A DNA stretch of 64,000 nt from Treponemataceae bacterium. Its GTDB lineage: Bacteria; Spirochaetota; Spirochaetia; Treponematales; Rectinemataceae. The stretch's first letter is position 1. Each line of letters opens with the position of its first letter. The translations under genes were made by a program, and so were the position numbers. The stretch is taken from NCBI GenBank assembly GCA_963678065.2, contig CAXXVZ010000004.1:192001-256000 (forward strand), in the 5' to 3' direction. The notes under the pieces are model-generated. The model did not search any database and was not told where the DNA came from. It worked only from the letters and a program-made list of their open reading frames with translations. This document shows, in pieces, positions 19,300 to 29,036 of this stretch.

Positions 19300-20799
19300 C
19301 TAGGGCGTCGGAGCTCCGGGATTCAAGACCCAGTCGGCTATCAGGCCGAGGGCTTCCGGGGAGAAGGTCTGTGCGATGTCGCCGTATTCTTTCGGCAAAC
19401 CTGTGCCGGCATGCTGGAACAGGTGGTTCAGGCCATCGAGAAGCAGGAATCGGGATCGGGCGCGGGATTCTTCGGGCAGACAGGCGCGGATGGCTGCGAG
19501 ATTCTCTTCGCCCGGCACCTGGAGATCCTTCGATCCGTTCAGGGCGAGTACCGGTACGGTCGTCTTCGCGAGATAGGTCGCGGGGTCGAGGGCCATGAAG
19601 GATCTGAACCAGGGGCTTGTCAGCGTCATGGCGGTCCGGGTCGCATCCTGCTGGGCTTCGGCTTTTTCCGCCGGGCTCAGGCTTGTCATCGCCTGTATGC
19701 CCTCCATGTAGACCGTCCTCACGGACAGGACAAGATCCTGCTCGGGCAGGTTTTGCAGGGCGGCGGCGTAGAGTTTCCGGTTGAGCCCGGCCGTCTCGCG
19801 TATGGCCGTCTCGCTCTGGCCCGAAGCGCGCGCGATCAGGGCTCCCTGGGCTTCCAGAATCCGCGATCCCGGGACGCCAGGCCCGGCGAGGAGGACAAGA
19901 AAGCCGATTCCCGGCATCTGCGAGGCCACTATGGGAGCGATGATGCCACCCTCGCTGTGGCCGAGGATGCCGAGCCTGAGGGTATCGATCTCGGGCCTCT
20001 GGATGAGCCATTCGCAGGCGGAGCGGGCATCGGCGGCGAGATCGAAAGTCGTGGCCGAGGCGAAATCGCCCGTCGAGGCGGCGAATCCTCTGTCGTCGTA
20101 GCGGAGACTCGCGATTCCGCGGCGCGCGAGGTAGTCGGCGATGACGAGGAAGGGCTTGTGGCCGAGTATCTCCTCGTCCCTGTTCTGCGCTCCCGAACCC
20201 GTGACCATGACTACGGCGGGAAAGGGACCGGGGCCGGGAGGGAGGACGAGACTCGCGGCGAGCGTCACCCCCTGAGCCGAGGAGGCAATCCGGGCCTCTT
20301 CGGTCCGATAAGGGAATGGAGGAAGTGGCTCCTGCGGCCGGTCGAGGACAAAGGGCTTCGAGGCTCGGACGAGTGTAAGGGGAAAGCTCGCCCCGGCCTG
20401 ATTCCAGGTTCCCGTCAGCCTGTCTCCGGCCTCGGAGGTAGTCCCCTCAAAGTAGCCCTTGATCGCCGCAATCTCGATGCGCACTCCCCTCCCCCCCTTC
20501 GCATCGAAACTGACCGAAGCGACGGGTATCCCCTTCACACCCTGTTTGGGGCTGTCCATCGTGGATCCGGCAGCGTTCGGCCCGGACGTGATATTGAATA
20601 CCAGAGGAAGACTCATGCCCCCCACGGAAAGCTCGCCCGTCCAGCTCCCCGCCACGGGAGATGGAGCGGATTCAGGCTGGGCTTGAGGCGCTGAAACCGA
20701 AAGAAGAGCCGCAAAGACCGCGACAAACAGTCCCCGGACGGGTCTGACGCCTGCCAGGATCGTGTGCGCGCAACGGCGTATCGATTTTTTCGTATTCAT
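19300..20799 (-). CDS. Exported alpha/beta-fold serine hydrolase
   Basis: Signal peptide, DRPQEP, GSGAQNRDE, GHSEGG nucleophile, KDLQV, LNHLFQ. Confidence 0.88.
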   Translation of the reverse strand: MNTKKSIRRCAHTILAGVRPVRGLFVAVFAALLSVSAPQAQPESAPSPVAGSWTGELSVGGMSLPLVFNITSGPNAAGSTMDSPKQGVKGIPVASVSFDAKGGRGVRIEIAAIKGYFEGTTSEAGDRLTGTWNQAGASFPLTLVRASKPFVLDRPQEPLPPFPYRTEEARIASSAQGVTLAASLVLPPGPGPFPAVVMVTGSGAQNRDEEILGHKPFLVIADYLARRGIASLRYDDRGFAASTGDFASATTFDLAADARSACEWLIQRPEIDTLRLGILGHSEGGIIAPIVASQMPGIGFLVLLAGPGVPGSRILEAQGALIARASGQSETAIRETAGLNRKLYAAALQNLPEQDLVLSVRTVYMEGIQAMTSLSPAEKAEAQQDATRTAMTLTSPWFRSFMALDPATYLAKTTVPVLALNGSKDLQVPGEENLAAIRACLPEESRARSRFLLLDGLNHLFQHAGTGLPKEYGDIAQTFSPEALGLIADWVLNPGAPTP

Positions 20800-20835
20800 T
20801 GTCGATCCTCCCGGATAAGAAAGAATTGCCAGCGT

Positions 20836-22152
20836 TCATTCACGGCGCGGCGTCGCGCCGAGGGCGTGGGAAAGCCGCCTGACGGCCTGCGGCCACTCAG
20901 CCTCCGGTATGCCCATGAAAGAGACACGAAATGAGCGTCTCGTCGCGGGATCGGAGCCGAAACGGCTGCCCTCGGTCCATGCCGGACGGGAACCCCTTGC
21001 CGGATCCGTCTTCTCCCCCGCGCCGCCCGTATCGCGGGTCAACCACACATTATAGCCCGCAGTGCCCCCGGAATTCCGTATGCCGGGGGTGGCCGAGACG
21101 ACGGCATCGAGATTCTTCCGCCGGGATTTCATCACGGCGGTGATCCGCCCGAGATGGAGGTCGAAGATCCCCGAGGACAGCAGCCTCTCAGTGAAGAGCT
21201 GGAGCCACATGGCAGGTCCGGGGTCGGTTTCGCTCCGGATGGCGGCGTAGCGCGAGGCGAGCGCTCCGGGGACAGACATGGCGCAGACGCGGATACCCGG
21301 CGCAGTCGTCTTGGAGAGGGACTTGATCCAGATAGTCCTTTCGGGGGCGAGATCCGCAAAACGGGGAATGCCTGTCGGTTCCAGTTCCGAAAGGTAGTCG
21401 TCCTCGATGATCCAGACATCGTGGAGGCGCGCGAGTTCGGCGATCCTGCGCTTGACCGGGGCGGAGTAACAGAAGCCCGTGGGGTTGTGCACATCGGGCA
21501 TGGTGTAGAAGACTCCCGGACCGCCTCCGCTGCGCTTCTTCCAGAAATGGTCGAATTCTTCCGGATCGACGCCTCCGTCGCGCATGACGAGACCGCCGGC
21601 CGGCCGGAAGAGAGAGAGGGCGGCCGGATAGGTGGGATCCTCGACGAGAAAATCCGTCCTGCCGATCGCCCGGAACAGACGGTTGGCGCTGTCGAGCCCC
21701 TGCTGTCCGCCCGAGGCCACCCAGACCGAATCCCCGTCGAGGGAAAACCGGCGCGCGATGGAGTTGATGAGTCGGGATTCCCCCTTGACAGGAGCGGCCG
21801 AGAAAACCCTGCCGCGCTCTCTTTTCAGCTCCTCCGCGAACAGGACTCCCGCGTCTTCGTAGGGAAAGAAGTCCTCGGAAAGGATCGAAGACCCGAAATC
21901 GGCCGCAGAATCTTCGCGTGCGAGGGGAAAGCGGACAAAGCTGCCCGAGCCGACGATATTGTCGACGAGGCCTGCGCTTTTCAGGAGATCGAAGGCCCTG
22001 ACCGCCGTGAGCTTGTTGCAGTCGTACTGTTCCGCTGTCTCGCGCACCGAAGGCAGGCGTTCGCCCGGACGGAGTTCTCCCTCCTCGATTTGCCTCCGGA
22101 GATCCTCGTATATCCGTTCGTACAGGAATTTCACATACACCTCTTGACTCAT
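20836..22152 (-). CDS. pdxR: MocR/GabR-type GntR regulator with PLP aminotransferase domain (PdxR)
   Basis: [32 protein letters not shown]; divergent from pdxST. Confidence 0.85.
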   Translation of the reverse strand: MSQEVYVKFLYERIYEDLRRQIEEGELRPGERLPSVRETAEQYDCNKLTAVRAFDLLKSAGLVDNIVGSGSFVRFPLAREDSAADFGSSILSEDFFPYEDAGVLFAEELKRERGRVFSAAPVKGESRLINSIARRFSLDGDSVWVASGGQQGLDSANRLFRAIGRTDFLVEDPTYPAALSLFRPAGGLVMRDGGVDPEEFDHFWKKRSGGGPGVFYTMPDVHNPTGFCYSAPVKRRIAELARLHDVWIIEDDYLSELEPTGIPRFADLAPERTIWIKSLSKTTAPGIRVCAMSVPGALASRYAAIRSETDPGPAMWLQLFTERLLSSGIFDLHLGRITAVMKSRRKNLDAVVSATPGIRNSGGTAGYNVWLTRDTGGAGEKTDPARGSRPAWTEGSRFGSDPATRRSFRVSFMGIPEAEWPQAVRRLSHALGATPRRE

Positions 22153-22155
22153 ACA

Positions 22156-22184
22156 TAGTACACTATTATAAGTGTACTAGTACA
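22156..22184. promoter_or_regulatory. Candidate PdxR operator
   Basis: Perfect IR TAGTACACT-N6-AGTGTACTA (22156-22179) plus overlapping palindrome TGTACTAGTACA (22173-22184). Confidence 0.7.
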
Positions 22185-22259
22185 AATCCGACAGAACATG
22201 GTGTCGCTGCCCAACCACGCAGTATACAGGGTAGCATGCGGAACCGGAAGGAGAAAGAC

Positions 22260-23126
22260 ATGAGATCGAAAATAAACAGGGACTTTGCACAGATGTTCAA
22301 GAATGGCGTCATCATGGATGTCACCAACCCCGACCAGGCCAAGATCGCGGAGGACTCAGGCGCTTGCGCCGTCATGGCCCTCGAGCGCGTACCCGCGGAC
22401 ATCAGGGCGGCGGGAGGGGTGGCGCGGATGAGCGATCCGGGCATGATCAGGCGGATCATGGATGCGGTGAGCATTCCCGTCATGGCCAAAGTGCGGATCG
22501 GCCACATCGCCGAAGCGAAGATACTTCAGGCCCTCTGCGTCGACTTCATCGACGAGAGCGAGGTCCTCACTCCCGCCGACGAGGAATTTCACATCGACAA
22601 GCACGCCTTCGAGGTGCCCTTCGTCTGCGGGGCACGCGATCTCGGTGAGGCCCTCCGGCGCATCGCCGAAGGTGCGGCCATGATCCGCACGAAGGGCGAG
22701 GCCGGCACCGGCAACATCGTGGAAGCCGTCCGCCACCTGCGCGCCGTCTCGAGGGGAATACGCGAACTGGAAGGACTGGACTCCGCGGGGCTCGAGGCGA
22801 AGGCGAGGGAATACAGGGTATCGCCCGAACTGGTGGACAAGGTCAAGAAGCTGGGACGGCTCCCCGTCGTCACCTTCACGGCCGGAGGCGTGGCGACGCC
22901 CGCAGACGCCGCTCTCATGATGATGATGGGCTCGGAAGGCGTATTCGTCGGCTCGGGCATCTTCAAGTCGGAGACACCGGCGAAAATGGCCGAGGCTGTC
23001 GTTCAGGCGGTGATCAATTGGCAGGATCCGGACAAGCTCGCCCAGATAAGCGAAGGGCTCGGCGCAGCGATGGGCGGGAAAGAAATCGCGACCCTGGAGA
23101 CGCGGCTCGCGGCGCGGGGACTCTGA
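22260..23126 (+). CDS. pdxS: Pyridoxal 5'-phosphate synthase lyase subunit
   Basis: [54 protein letters not shown] before ATG. Confidence 0.97.
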   Translation: MRSKINRDFAQMFKNGVIMDVTNPDQAKIAEDSGACAVMALERVPADIRAAGGVARMSDPGMIRRIMDAVSIPVMAKVRIGHIAEAKILQALCVDFIDESEVLTPADEEFHIDKHAFEVPFVCGARDLGEALRRIAEGAAMIRTKGEAGTGNIVEAVRHLRAVSRGIRELEGLDSAGLEAKAREYRVSPELVDKVKKLGRLPVVTFTAGGVATPADAALMMMMGSEGVFVGSGIFKSETPAKMAEAVVQAVINWQDPDKLAQISEGLGAAMGGKEIATLETRLAARGL

Positions 23127-23128
23127 GC

Positions 23129-23734
23129 ATGGATAAGCTGACCGTCGGCATCCTGGCACTGCAGGGCGCGGTCCAGGACCACGAGGCTCCTCTCGCCCGG
23201 CTGGGCGTACGCACGAGGCAGATACGCCGTCCGGAGGAACTCGAGGGCATCGACGCCCTCATCCTTCCCGGCGGCGAGAGCAGCGTCATGGCCCGCTTTC
23301 TGAACCAGTACGGGATTGTCGCCCTCATACGGGAGAAAATCCGGTCGGGCATGCCGGTCTTCGGCATCTGCGCAGGGGCCATCCTGCTCTGCAGGGAAGT
23401 GGACGGAAAGCCGGGGTCCCTCGCGGTCCTGCCCGCCTCGGCGCGGCGCAACGCCTACGGAAGGCAGCTGGCCAGCTTTACCGCCCCCCTCGGGACCCCG
23501 GTCGGAAACTTCGAGGGGATCTTCATCCGCGCGCCCATACTCGAACCTGACCCGGGGACCGAGGTCCTCGCCTGCCACGACGGCAGGGCTGTCCTTCTCC
23601 GTTCGGGCAAGGTTCTGGCCGCGACCTTCCATCCCGAGCTGACAGGAGACGACAGGCTGCACGCCTGGTTCCTCTCTTTTATCGACAGGCCTTTTTCTAC
23701 CGGCGAGCCTTCCTCCGCTCAATCCCCGGCCTGA
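23129..23734 (+). CDS. pdxT: PLP synthase glutaminase subunit
   Basis: LALQG, PGGES, GICAG, RNAYGRQ, FIRAP, FHPEL. Confidence 0.96.
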   Translation: MDKLTVGILALQGAVQDHEAPLARLGVRTRQIRRPEELEGIDALILPGGESSVMARFLNQYGIVALIREKIRSGMPVFGICAGAILLCREVDGKPGSLAVLPASARRNAYGRQLASFTAPLGTPVGNFEGIFIRAPILEPDPGTEVLACHDGRAVLLRSGKVLAATFHPELTGDDRLHAWFLSFIDRPFSTGEPSSAQSPA

Positions 23735-24990
23735 CCGAACAGGAAGCGCTCCGGGTTTTCCGAGCAGAATCTCGACTTGAGTTCCGCGTCGAGAGGGCTC
23801 GCGTCGAAGATCCGGTAGTAATCCGCGTACGAACGGACCTTCATGAGGTTGACGACGAAATCCGAGCCGAACATGATCCTCGAATCGACCTTTTCCCGGG
23901 CAGTGTCCGGAATCGCGGCCAAAGCCGAGACCAGCCTTCCATAGTATTCAGCTTCGACACCGTTGAACGAAAAATCCGTGTACACATTCGGGTAAAGGCC
24001 GATGAGGCGGACTATTTCGTCGAACCACTCGGTGGGTGTCTGGAGCCGCAGATTGGTGGTGTACTGCCTGCCGAAATGGGCGAAGTTGATCCTGAGCCCG
24101 GGAAAGCGCTCGAGGGCCGGCCTGTAGCGCGAGGGGGCGGTGTACGTGAAGGCCTCTTCCATGGAAACGACGCGGAAACCGTGGTCGTCGCAATGCGTCG
24201 TGATCGGTATGCCTCTCTTCGCGCAGAATCCGAAGAGGGTCTCGACTTTTTCGCGCTCTTCTCCCGGGTCCGGCCAGGGATCGAAGCCGAGTGGAGGATA
24301 GAGTTTGATCCCGGAAAAGAGGCATCGTCCGCCGCCGGTGGCGCCGTGCAGACTGTTTTCGTTCGACGAATAATCCTTCATCGCGGCGAATACGTCGCGC
24401 GCATTCTCTCTTCCCGGCCGCCAGTTCCCCATGTGAGCTTCGAGGAAGAGGGAAAGCGATTCAGGCGAGTGGTTTTTCGTGTTGACGCCGAGGAAGGGAT
24501 ATATCTGCAGCATCCCCTCGGGCCTGGAGCGGCGGTAATCGCGGATGCCGAGCATGATGTCGCGGATCTGGGCGTCGATTGAGGCGGCGGGCGGCCGGTA
24601 GTAATACGCATCGGAGTGCGCCTGGCCCCTGTTGTCGAAATCCATGATGAGGGGGCAGAGCACGACCTCCCTGAAGGCCTTTCCCGCCATCGCGAGTCCG
24701 CCCCCGGACGCGAGAGGAAGAGGGTCACCAGCCTTCGCGTACTGCCCCTTGAGGTCATCTTCCATCAGCTTGAAGATCATGCCGGGGCTGTTCTCCATGA
24801 CGGCGAGCAGGTTGCGCACGCTCTCGCCGCCGTTCCTGAACAGGGCTCCGGCGAGGTAATCGAAGGACCGGATCTGGCTGTAGATGACTTCGGTCCTCCG
24901 CATTCTCAATGTTTCGATGAAGGACAGAAAGTTGGGATGCGAAAGCGTGAGGGCGTGGCAGTGAATGTCGAAAAAGGCCGGGTTTTCCAT
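23719..24990 (-). CDS. Amidohydrolase-2 family metal-dependent hydrolase
   Basis: DIHCH, GIKLYPPLG, TTHC, FAHFG, YTDFS, MFGSD. Confidence 0.82.
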   Translation of the reverse strand: MENPAFFDIHCHALTLSHPNFLSFIETLRMRRTEVIYSQIRSFDYLAGALFRNGGESVRNLLAVMENSPGMIFKLMEDDLKGQYAKAGDPLPLASGGGLAMAGKAFREVVLCPLIMDFDNRGQAHSDAYYYRPPAASIDAQIRDIMLGIRDYRRSRPEGMLQIYPFLGVNTKNHSPESLSLFLEAHMGNWRPGRENARDVFAAMKDYSSNENSLHGATGGGRCLFSGIKLYPPLGFDPWPDPGEEREKVETLFGFCAKRGIPITTHCDDHGFRVVSMEEAFTYTAPSRYRPALERFPGLRINFAHFGRQYTTNLRLQTPTEWFDEIVRLIGLYPNVYTDFSFNGVEAEYYGRLVSALAAIPDTAREKVDSRIMFGSDFVVNLMKVRSYADYYRIFDASPLDAELKSRFCSENPERFLFGQAGD

Positions 24991-24991
24991 G

Positions 24992-25945
24992 TCAGGAGAC
25001 CTCCGCCGCCGTCTTCGCCTCTTTCGGCGTTTCCCCTCCGGCTGTGAGCGCGTTGGTGCCCCAAACTCCGATGACGATCATGATGGCCCCTACCAGCTGG
25101 ACGGGTCCGAAGGGTTCGTGCCGGATGAAGACGCCGGCCGCCACGGACACGAGGGTGGTCAGGTTGGTGAACACGGCCGACTGCGAAGCCTTGAGCCGCG
25201 ACAGTGTGAAGTTGATGAGGAAAAAGGCGACGACCGAGGACATTACGCCGAGGTAGAAGAGGGAGGGCAGCGCGGTCATGGCCCGGACGAAGAGGCCCGC
25301 TCTCTCTCCCGGGGCCCCGCCTGTGCGCGCAAGAAAACCGGAGACCAGGTTCATGAACCCGAAAAAGATCGCCCCCGTCCACATCATGGCGAAGGTCGTC
25401 TCGATGGGACGCAAGTCCCTCGATGTCTTGCGCGAGTAGATGTTGAAGAGGGTCGCCGCAGCGACGGCCCCGAGCAGGAGGACGAAGCCGCGGATCGTCC
25501 CGGTCTGCCCCTCCCCGCCGCCGCTCATGACAACGATGAGGGCCACGCCCGCGATGGACAGTCCGAGGCTGAGCTTCTGCCCGAGACTCAGCTTCTCTTT
25601 GAGCATGACCGATCCCAGGATGGCGACCGATGCGGGAATGGCGCCGATGACGATGCCCGCCATGCTGCTCGCGGATTCGCGCACGCCGTAAGTCTCGCAG
25701 AGGAAATAGAGGATGGGCTGAAAGAGGCAGGTCAGGGCGAGATGACCGACGTGGGCGCGGCGATAGTCGAGCCTGACGACTCCGAGCGCCCAGAGGGCTG
25801 TCATGACGAGGGCGGCCACCGAAAACCGCAGGAACATGAGTTCCAGGGGATCGAGCAGGTCGAGGGCACCCTTCGTCATGAGAAAGGAAAAACCGAAAAT
25901 AACAGCGTAGCCGACACCGGCCAGCCAGTTTACGAGTCGCTTCAT
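24992..25945 (-). CDS. EamA/DMT family transporter
   Basis: About 10 hydrophobic segments in two EamA repeats; IFGFSF, LRF, LKEK. Confidence 0.88.
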   Translation of the reverse strand: MKRLVNWLAGVGYAVIFGFSFLMTKGALDLLDPLELMFLRFSVAALVMTALWALGVVRLDYRRAHVGHLALTCLFQPILYFLCETYGVRESASSMAGIVIGAIPASVAILGSVMLKEKLSLGQKLSLGLSIAGVALIVVMSGGGEGQTGTIRGFVLLLGAVAAATLFNIYSRKTSRDLRPIETTFAMMWTGAIFFGFMNLVSGFLARTGGAPGERAGLFVRAMTALPSLFYLGVMSSVVAFFLINFTLSRLKASQSAVFTNLTTLVSVAAGVFIRHEPFGPVQLVGAIMIVIGVWGTNALTAGGETPKEAKTAAEVS

Positions 25946-25952
25946 GTCGGGC

Positions 25953-27083
25953 TCAGACTAACCGGCCGCCCTCCATCTGCGCAACCGCCGCGTGGAGCTT
26001 TTTGAGCTCGTCGGCGCGGGAGCGCGGGCAGACCAAAGTCGCGTCCTGAGTGTGCACGATCACGAGGTCCTCGCAGCCGAGGCAGGCGACGAGATGACCC
26101 GGCACCGATGAGACGGCCAGGTTGCCCGAGCTCTCGACGAAGGCGGAGAGCCCTCCGATTGTGGAGTTCCCCGTGGCGTCGGCAAAGGCCAGCTCGCCGT
26201 AGGCCGGCCAGGAGCCGATATCCTTCCACTCCATGACGAGGGGAAGGGCTGCGATGGTGACCTCCGGGTCGGCGGAGGCCTTCTCCATCACGCCGTAGTC
26301 GACGCTGATTTTCTTGAGCTGCGGATACGTCGAGGCGAGGAGATCGGACCACACGGGCGTTTCCGAGGCGACGGCGAGCGATCCGATGGATGCCGCGAGT
26401 TCCGGTTCGTAGCGCCCAACGAGCTCGAGGAAGCGCGAGGCCCGCCACACGAACATGCCCGAGTTCCAGAGGTAGCGCGAAGGGCCCGCCTCGAAGAATG
26501 CGCTGGCCATCGGGAGCCCGGGTTTTTCCCTGAAGCGCTCGACGATGCGGGCGTCCAGGTCACCTTCGGCCTCCGCTGTGGCGTGCGCGCCGAGCTGGAG
26601 GTAGCCGAAACCCGTCGCCGGGCGGTCGGGCCTGACGCCGAAGGTGACGAGCCAGCCCGGATTGGCCTCGACGAGGGTGCAGGCCCTGTCGAGGAGAGCG
26701 CGGAATTCGGACTCTGGCCGGATGACATGGTCGGAGGTGAGGACAACGACGACGGCCTCCGGATCTTCGGCGGCGATGAGGGCGCAGGACAGGGCGAGGG
26801 CCGGGAGTGTGTCGCGGCCCTCAGGCTCTCCGATGTACTGGTCGAGCTTTCTGCCTCCGGTGCGGGAGAGAGCGGGCAGGGAAGAGAGGACGAGTTCGCG
26901 GTGACGCTCCGCCCCGCAGACACAGCGGCGGCTCTCGGGGATGAGGCCTTCCAGACGCTTGAAAGCCTCTTCGAGGAGGCTTGTGCCACCCGCGAGAGGG
27001 ATGAGCTGCTTGGGCATGGCATCACGGGAAAGCGGCCAGAGGCGGGTGCCGGAACCGCCGGCCAGAATCAGTGCGTAGCGCAT
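25953..27083 (-). CDS. manC: Mannose-1-phosphate guanylyltransferase (no PMI domain)
   Basis: LAGGSGTRLWPLSR, PKQL, EPEGRDT, SDH, FREKP, WNSGMF, SVDYGVME, W.DIGSW. Confidence 0.9.
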   Translation of the reverse strand: MRYALILAGGSGTRLWPLSRDAMPKQLIPLAGGTSLLEEAFKRLEGLIPESRRCVCGAERHRELVLSSLPALSRTGGRKLDQYIGEPEGRDTLPALALSCALIAAEDPEAVVVVLTSDHVIRPESEFRALLDRACTLVEANPGWLVTFGVRPDRPATGFGYLQLGAHATAEAEGDLDARIVERFREKPGLPMASAFFEAGPSRYLWNSGMFVWRASRFLELVGRYEPELAASIGSLAVASETPVWSDLLASTYPQLKKISVDYGVMEKASADPEVTIAALPLVMEWKDIGSWPAYGELAFADATGNSTIGGLSAFVESSGNLAVSSVPGHLVACLGCEDLVIVHTQDATLVCPRSRADELKKLHAAVAQMEGGRLV

Positions 27084-27157
27084 GCGACCTCCGAAGGTAT
27101 CGTCGGGACGCAGTCAGAATCGTCCGGACAAGGCTGGTGATTTTTCATACACCGCCT

Positions 27158-28099
27158 TCAGAATCCGCGCAAGTCCGTGCTCGACCGCGCGGGAAGTCCC
27201 TGTCTGGGTTTTCTCTCCAGAACGACATACCTGATGCCATGATCCTCACAGTATCGGCGTTTTTCCGGTCTGTCGCCATCGGCGTTCACCACATATTCGT
27301 CCGGCCGGAGTTTCTCGATCTCCGGCTCGGCGTCGAGCCAGCCATGGCCGGAACTCACGAGGGCGCGACTCACATACCGGATCGAGGCCACCATGTAGCG
27401 GCGCTCCTTTTCTCCGATGAGGGGGTGGCCCTCGCCTTTCAGGAGGCGGATGTTGGCGTCGTGGCCTACGACGACGGTGAGTTCGCCCCGGGCGCCCGCC
27501 TCCTCGAAAAAGCGCAGGTGTCCTGTGTGAAGCCAGTCGAAGGTTCCGGTGGCGAGGACACGGGATCTGCCGGGCTGGGGCGCCGTATCCGGCACAGGAA
27601 AATCGCAGGGGAAGCCCGCGACCTCGTCCTTCGATATGACCTCGTAGCCGATGCCGCCGCGGAGGCAGAACGCGGCCTTGGCTTCGCTGGCTCCGGAAGG
27701 TTCCGGCCCCGCGCGCTCGAAGGAGGCGCTTCCGTGGAGGGTGCCGGCAAAAAGGCCGGGCTCCGGAACGACCCAGACAAGTTCCCCGCAAGGCGCGGAT
27801 ACGGAATCGTCCGCGGCGGAATCGCCGCCCGCGAACGCGGCGGGAAGACTGTCGGGACCGGACATACAGGAATCCACAACGCAGACGGAGTCGACACAGC
27901 GCAGAGATTCGACGAAATAGCGCCGTTCGTCGATCCCGAATTTCGGGAGCCGCCCCGTCCAGGCTTCCACGGTTGCGTCGTCCCACAGGAGCACGGAGAG
28001 GCCGCCCCTGCGGGAAGCCTCCTCAAGGAATCGCATGTGACAGGATTTTAGATCGTCGAAACTGCCGGAAACAATCGCTCTGGGCACAAAATCCTCCAT
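27158..28099 (-). CDS. Tandem cytidylyltransferase-like (HxGH) nucleotidyltransferase
   Basis: Domain 1 GSFDDLKSCH (degenerate), domain 2 GTFDWLHTGH; ends RSST. Confidence 0.8.
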   Translation of the reverse strand: MEDFVPRAIVSGSFDDLKSCHMRFLEEASRRGGLSVLLWDDATVEAWTGRLPKFGIDERRYFVESLRCVDSVCVVDSCMSGPDSLPAAFAGGDSAADDSVSAPCGELVWVVPEPGLFAGTLHGSASFERAGPEPSGASEAKAAFCLRGGIGYEVISKDEVAGFPCDFPVPDTAPQPGRSRVLATGTFDWLHTGHLRFFEEAGARGELTVVVGHDANIRLLKGEGHPLIGEKERRYMVASIRYVSRALVSSGHGWLDAEPEIEKLRPDEYVVNADGDRPEKRRYCEDHGIRYVVLERKPRQGLPARSSTDLRGF

Positions 28100-28120
28100 A
28101 GTAATAAAGTCTGGCCACAG

Positions 28121-29032
28121 TCATGCGAGCCTGACACGGATGCCGAAGGATCCCGGAACCTCCCTCTCTGTGGGCACGAGGAGGTAGCCTCCGCCGCAGC
28201 CCGAATACATGGCTCCGCCGTACTCCTTCCGGTACCAAGCCTGGATGCCCGCGAGGTCGACGCTGATGGCGGGATGCCGGACGGTCTGCGGAAGAAGTGC
28301 CTCCCAGGCAGCCATGCAGTCGTTCATCGAGGCCTGCAGGCCGGAAAGGTCGGCCTCCATGATGGAATCGAAACAGAGCTTACCCGACTCGCCGAGGCGT
28401 CTCACCCAGGCGGGGTCGATGTTCATGATCCCGAGAGGCGAGTAGCCCGCGGGTCGCTGCGCCACGGGAAGGATTTTCAGAATCCGCTCGAGCCAGGCGG
28501 CCTTCTCCGGATCGACGTCCGATTCGACGCGGACAGGGAAGTATCCCCCCTCGTGCGAGATGTCGTAATCCAGCCTGCTGATCCCCGGGTACACAAGGCC
28601 GATCATATCCTGGCTGCCCGAAGGTTCCGTCCGCCTTTCGTTTTCCGCCCGGTAGAGTTCGCGAACGAGGGCGGCGGGATCGTCGCAGGGGAGACTGTCG
28701 TTCCAGATCCGGGAAGCGACCCTGCGGGTGCTCGTCGCCATGCCGCACATGTCCATGAAGCGGTACTCGGGGACGACGGAGACGACGACCATGGAGCCCG
28801 GCGGCGAGGGATCGAGGGCGGAGACGAAGGGCTGGTCGATCCAGCCCCCCGCGAGGGCTATCCTGTAAGGGATGCCCCCTGTAATCGCGTCGATGCTCTC
28901 CGCGGCATCGATGCTCTCCGCGGCGTCGGCGTTGCCCGCCACTCCGGCGACCTGTCCCGGGACGGACCCGTCGATGCCGCCCGCGAAGCTGGCGCTGTCC
29001 GCGAAGCTGGCGCTGTTGCTGCTGCCACCCAT
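28121..29032 (-). CDS. GHMP-family sugar kinase (HddA/fucokinase-like)
   Basis: PYRIALAGGWID (motif I), GMATS (motif II-like), SGSQD, SGCGGG (motif III). Confidence 0.72.
   Translation of the reverse strand: MGGSSNSASFADSASFAGGIDGSVPGQVAGVAGNADAAESIDAAESIDAITGGIPYRIALAGGWIDQPFVSALDPSPPGSMVVVSVVPEYRFMDMCGMATSTRRVASRIWNDSLPCDDPAALVRELYRAENERRTEPSGSQDMIGLVYPGISRLDYDISHEGGYFPVRVESDVDPEKAAWLERILKILPVAQRPAGYSPLGIMNIDPAWVRRLGESGKLCFDSIMEADLSGLQASMNDCMAAWEALLPQTVRHPAISVDLAGIQAWYRKEYGGAMYSGCGGGYLLVPTEREVPGSFGIRVRLA
28890..29016. repeat. Two in-frame 18-bp tandem duplications in the kinase N-terminus
   Basis: tcgatgctctccgcggc at 28890 and 28908 (DAAESI x2); ccgcgaagctggcgctgt at 28981 and 28999 (SASFAD/SASFAG). 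Confidence 0.9.
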
Positions 29033-29036
29033 CGCT

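Noticed and set aside
18085..20694. 869-aa plus-strand ORF and other long antisense ORFs (e.g. 321..1613, 3291..4847, 35403..37337, 53128..54606)
   Set aside because: Shadow frames opposite well-supported genes; expected from stop-codon scarcity at high GC; no recognisable motifs.
28890..29016. Short direct repeats as a possible CRISPR array
   Set aside because: Adjacent tandem copies without spacers, in frame inside a CDS; no cas genes in the window.
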